This document shows, piece by piece, positions 61,387 to 64,000 of a DNA stretch of 64,000 bases. The stretch's first letter is position 1. Each line of letters begins with the position of its first letter. The position numbers and the translations under genes were made by a program. The notes under the pieces are model-generated. The model searched no databases. It worked only from the letters and a program-made list of their open reading frames with translations, and was not told the DNA's origin. Origin of the DNA: Centroscyllium fabricii (taxonomy: Eukaryota); NCBI GenBank assembly GCA_051313645.2, contig JBNRSN020000003.1:159278001-159342000 (forward strand). The letters run 5' to 3'.

Positions 61387-63478
61387 ATAGAAACATAGAA
61401 GATAGGAGTAGGCCATCCAGCCCCTCGAGCCCGCTCCGCCATTCAATGAGATCATGGCTGATCATCCAAATTCAGTACCCTGTCCCTGCCTTCTCCCCAT
61501 ATCCCTTGATCCCGTTAGCCTCAAGAAATATATCCAACTCCTTCCTAAATATATTGAATAAGTTGGCCTGAACTGCCTTGTGTGATAGAGAATTCCACAG
61601 GTTCACCACTCTCTGGGTGAAGAATGTCCTCCTCATCTCTGTACTAAATGGCTTACCCCTCATCCTTAGACTGTGACCGTTGGTTCTAGACACCCCCACC
61701 ATCGGGAACATCCTTCCTGCATCTAGTCTGTCTAGCACTGTTAGAATTTTATAAGTTTCAATTAGATTCCCTCTCATTCTTTTAAACTCTGGCGAATATA
61801 AACCTAATCGACTCAATCTCTCCTCATACATCATTTCTGCCATCCCAGGTATCAGTCTGGTGAATCTTCGCTGCACTCGCTCCATGGCAAGAAAATCCTT
61901 CCTCAGATAATGCGACCAAAACTGCACACAATACTCAAGGTGTGGTCTCACCAAGGCCCTGCACAACTGCAGCAAGACAACCTTGTTCCTGCACTCGAAT
62001 CCTCTCACTACTAAGGCCAACATACCATTTGCCTTCTTAACCACCTGCTGCATCTGCATGCTTACCTTCAGTGACTGGTGCACAAGGACACCCAGGTCTC
62101 GTTGAACTTCCCCTTTTCCCAATCTATTGCCATTCAGATAATAATCTACCTTCCAGTTTTTGCCACCAAAGTGGATAACCTCGCATTTATCCATATTATA
62201 CCGCATTTGCCAAATCACCCAACCTGTCCAAATCATACTGGAGTTTCTCAGCATCCTCCTCACAGCACACACGCCCACCCAGCTTTGTGTTGTCTGCAAA
62301 CTTGGAAATATTACATCTAGTTCCCGCATCTAGATTTTATAAATAAATAACTGAGGTGCTGGCACCGATCCCTGCAGTACCCCACTAGTCACTGCCTGCC
62401 ACTCGGAAAAAGACCCATTTATTCCAACTCTTTGCTTCCTGTCTGCCAACCAGTTCTCTATCCAAGTCAGTACCTTACCCCCAATCGCATGTGCTTTGAC
62501 TTTGCACGCCAATCTCTTATGCGGGACCTTATCGAAAGCCTTCTGAAAGTCCAAGTACACCACATCCGCTGGTTCTCCCTTATCTATTTTACCAGTTGCA
62601 TCCTCAAAAAACTCCAGTAGATTAATCAAGCATGATTTACCTTTTGAAAATTCATGCTGACTTTGTCCGATCCTGTCACTGTTTTCCAAGTGCTCTGCTA
62701 TTACATCCTTTATAATGGACTCTAGCATTTTCCCCACTACCGATGTCAGTCTATAATTCCCCGTTTTCAATAGTGGGGCAACATTAGCTACCCTCCAGTC
62801 CATGGGAACTGGTCCAGAGTCTATAGAATTTTGGAAGATGACCAGCAATGCATCTCCTATTTCTAGGGACACTTCCTTAAGTACCCTAGGATGTAAATTA
62901 TCAGGCCATGGGGATTTATCAGCCTTCAATCCCGTCAATTTCCACGACACCATTTCCCTACAAATACTGATTTCTTTCAGTTCCTCCCTCTCCTTAAGCC
63001 CCAGGTTCCCTGACATCTCTGGGAGATTATTTGTGGCCTCCTTTGTGAAGACAGAACCAAAGTTTGTATTTAATTGGTCTGCCATTTTTGTTCCCCATTA
63101 TAAATTCCCCTGATTCTGACTGCAACGGACCTACGCTTGACTTCATCAATCTTTTTCCCCTTCACATATCTATAGAAGCATTTCCAGTCAGTTTTTATGT
63201 TCCCTGCAAGCTGACTCTCATTCTATTTTCCCTCAATTAATCCCTTTGTCCTCCTTTGCTGAATCCTAAACTGCTCCCAATCCTCAATGTTGTTGCTTGT
63301 TCTGGTCAATTTATATGTCCTCTCCTTGGATCTTATGCTATCCCTAATTTCCCTCGTTAGCCACGGTTAACTCACCTTTTTTGTTTAATTTCTATGCCAA
63401 AAAGGGATGAACAAATTCTGTAGTTCATCCATATGATTTTAATTGTTTGCCATTGCCTAGCCAACTCACGCCTCATAC
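61387..63478 (-). mobile_element. CR1 LINE fragment (RT region plus 3' UTR), interrupted at right by an LTR element
   Basis: ORFs 62330..63085 and 61472..62329 with YLDFQKAFDKVPH, QGSV.P and LVRPHLEYCVQFW. Confidence 0.95.
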
Positions 63479-63760
63479 TGTAGAATAGCCACTAAGGGGA
63501 GACACTCCGGTCTCCCCAGGATGCAAGAATCGACATTCCAGAGTTGGTCCCGCCCCGGTTTCCCCATTGGGTAGTTGGATCAACAGTTCCGGTCCCTGAT
63601 TGGTCCTGCAGGCTGTCAAAAGCCCCATGATGCTTTGCGTTTTCACGCCTTTTGCAAGTCAGTCGTGTTTGGATTGAAACAAATAAAGACCTGTTAGTTT
63701 GCTCTGCGATCTTTCGACATTTTATCGATTTAAAAGAGTGGGGAACTGCCGTTCCCTACA
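63479..63760 (+). mobile_element. 5' LTR (282 bp) of a Gypsy retrotransposon
   Basis: TGTAG...CTACA termini, GC box and ATTGG boxes, AATAAA near 63682; PBS and gag follow directly. Confidence 0.88.
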
Positions 63761-63762
63761 AT

Positions 63763-63774
63763 TGGTAACCCTGA
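63763..63774 (+). promoter_or_regulatory. Primer-binding site, tRNA-Trp-like
   Basis: TGGTAACCCTGA lies 2 nt after the LTR and matches 10/12 to TGGTGACCCCGA, the recalled complement of the tRNA-Trp 3' end. Confidence 0.7.
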
Positions 63775-64000
63775 ATGTCAGTCCCAGAAGGTACTGACCA
63801 GAACGCGAGCCCAGAGGCCGGGCAACGTGAAAGGCCGCCGATCGTCAGCCTCCCCGCCTTTTGGGAGCACCAGGCAGCCGCTTGGTTTTTGCAAACGGAG
63901 GCCCAGTTCCAGCTTAAGCGCCTCGACAACAATGAGGACCACTACCACCTCATCGTTTCGGCTCTGCCCAGCCACGTTGCCGCGGACCTGCTACGGGACC
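63775..64000 (+). CDS. gag: Gypsy gag N-terminus (CsRn1-like), open to the window edge
   Basis: Hand translation MSVPEGTDQNASPEAGQRERPPIVSLPAFWEHQAAAWFLQTEAQFQLKRLDNNEDHYHLIVSALPSHVAADLLRD has the LP.FW...P/A..WF...EAQF gag motif and no stop; absent from the ORF track because it runs off the end. Confidence 0.85.
   Translation, partial: MSVPEGTDQNASPEAGQRERPPIVSLPAFWEHQAAAWFLQTEAQFQLKRLDNNEDHYHLIVSALPSHVAADLLRD

Overview
Vertebrate genomic DNA, very probably an elasmobranch (shark or ray), judged from a full-length HE1-type V-SINE and abundant CR1, L2 and Penelope-type repeats. The whole window lies inside one minus-strand gene, a Groucho/TLE co-repressor that best matches TLE4. Five internal coding exons can be read with canonical splice sites (58822-58760, 57176-57102, 25213-25030, a 17-nt microexon at 22043-22027, and 1799-1680). 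They join in frame and cover the end of the Q domain, the GP domain and the start of the CcN region; the gene start and end are outside the window. The introns hold CR1, L2 and RTE LINE fragments, tRNA- and 5S-derived SINEs, TA-targeting pogo/Tigger-like MITEs, hAT MITEs, PIF/Harbinger-related non-autonomous elements, a 1474-bp solo LTR, and the 5' LTR, PBS and gag start of a young CsRn1-like Gypsy element at the right edge. The most notable observations are: a frame-switching microexon with a 151-nt AG-free zone; minimal hammerhead ribozyme motifs, one intact on the pre-mRNA strand; unrelated MITE families that each carry promoter-type motif modules; and a 5S internal promoter fused to a foreign hairpin leader. 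Repeat family names come from recalled consensus features, not database searches, and the boundaries of old repeats are approximate.
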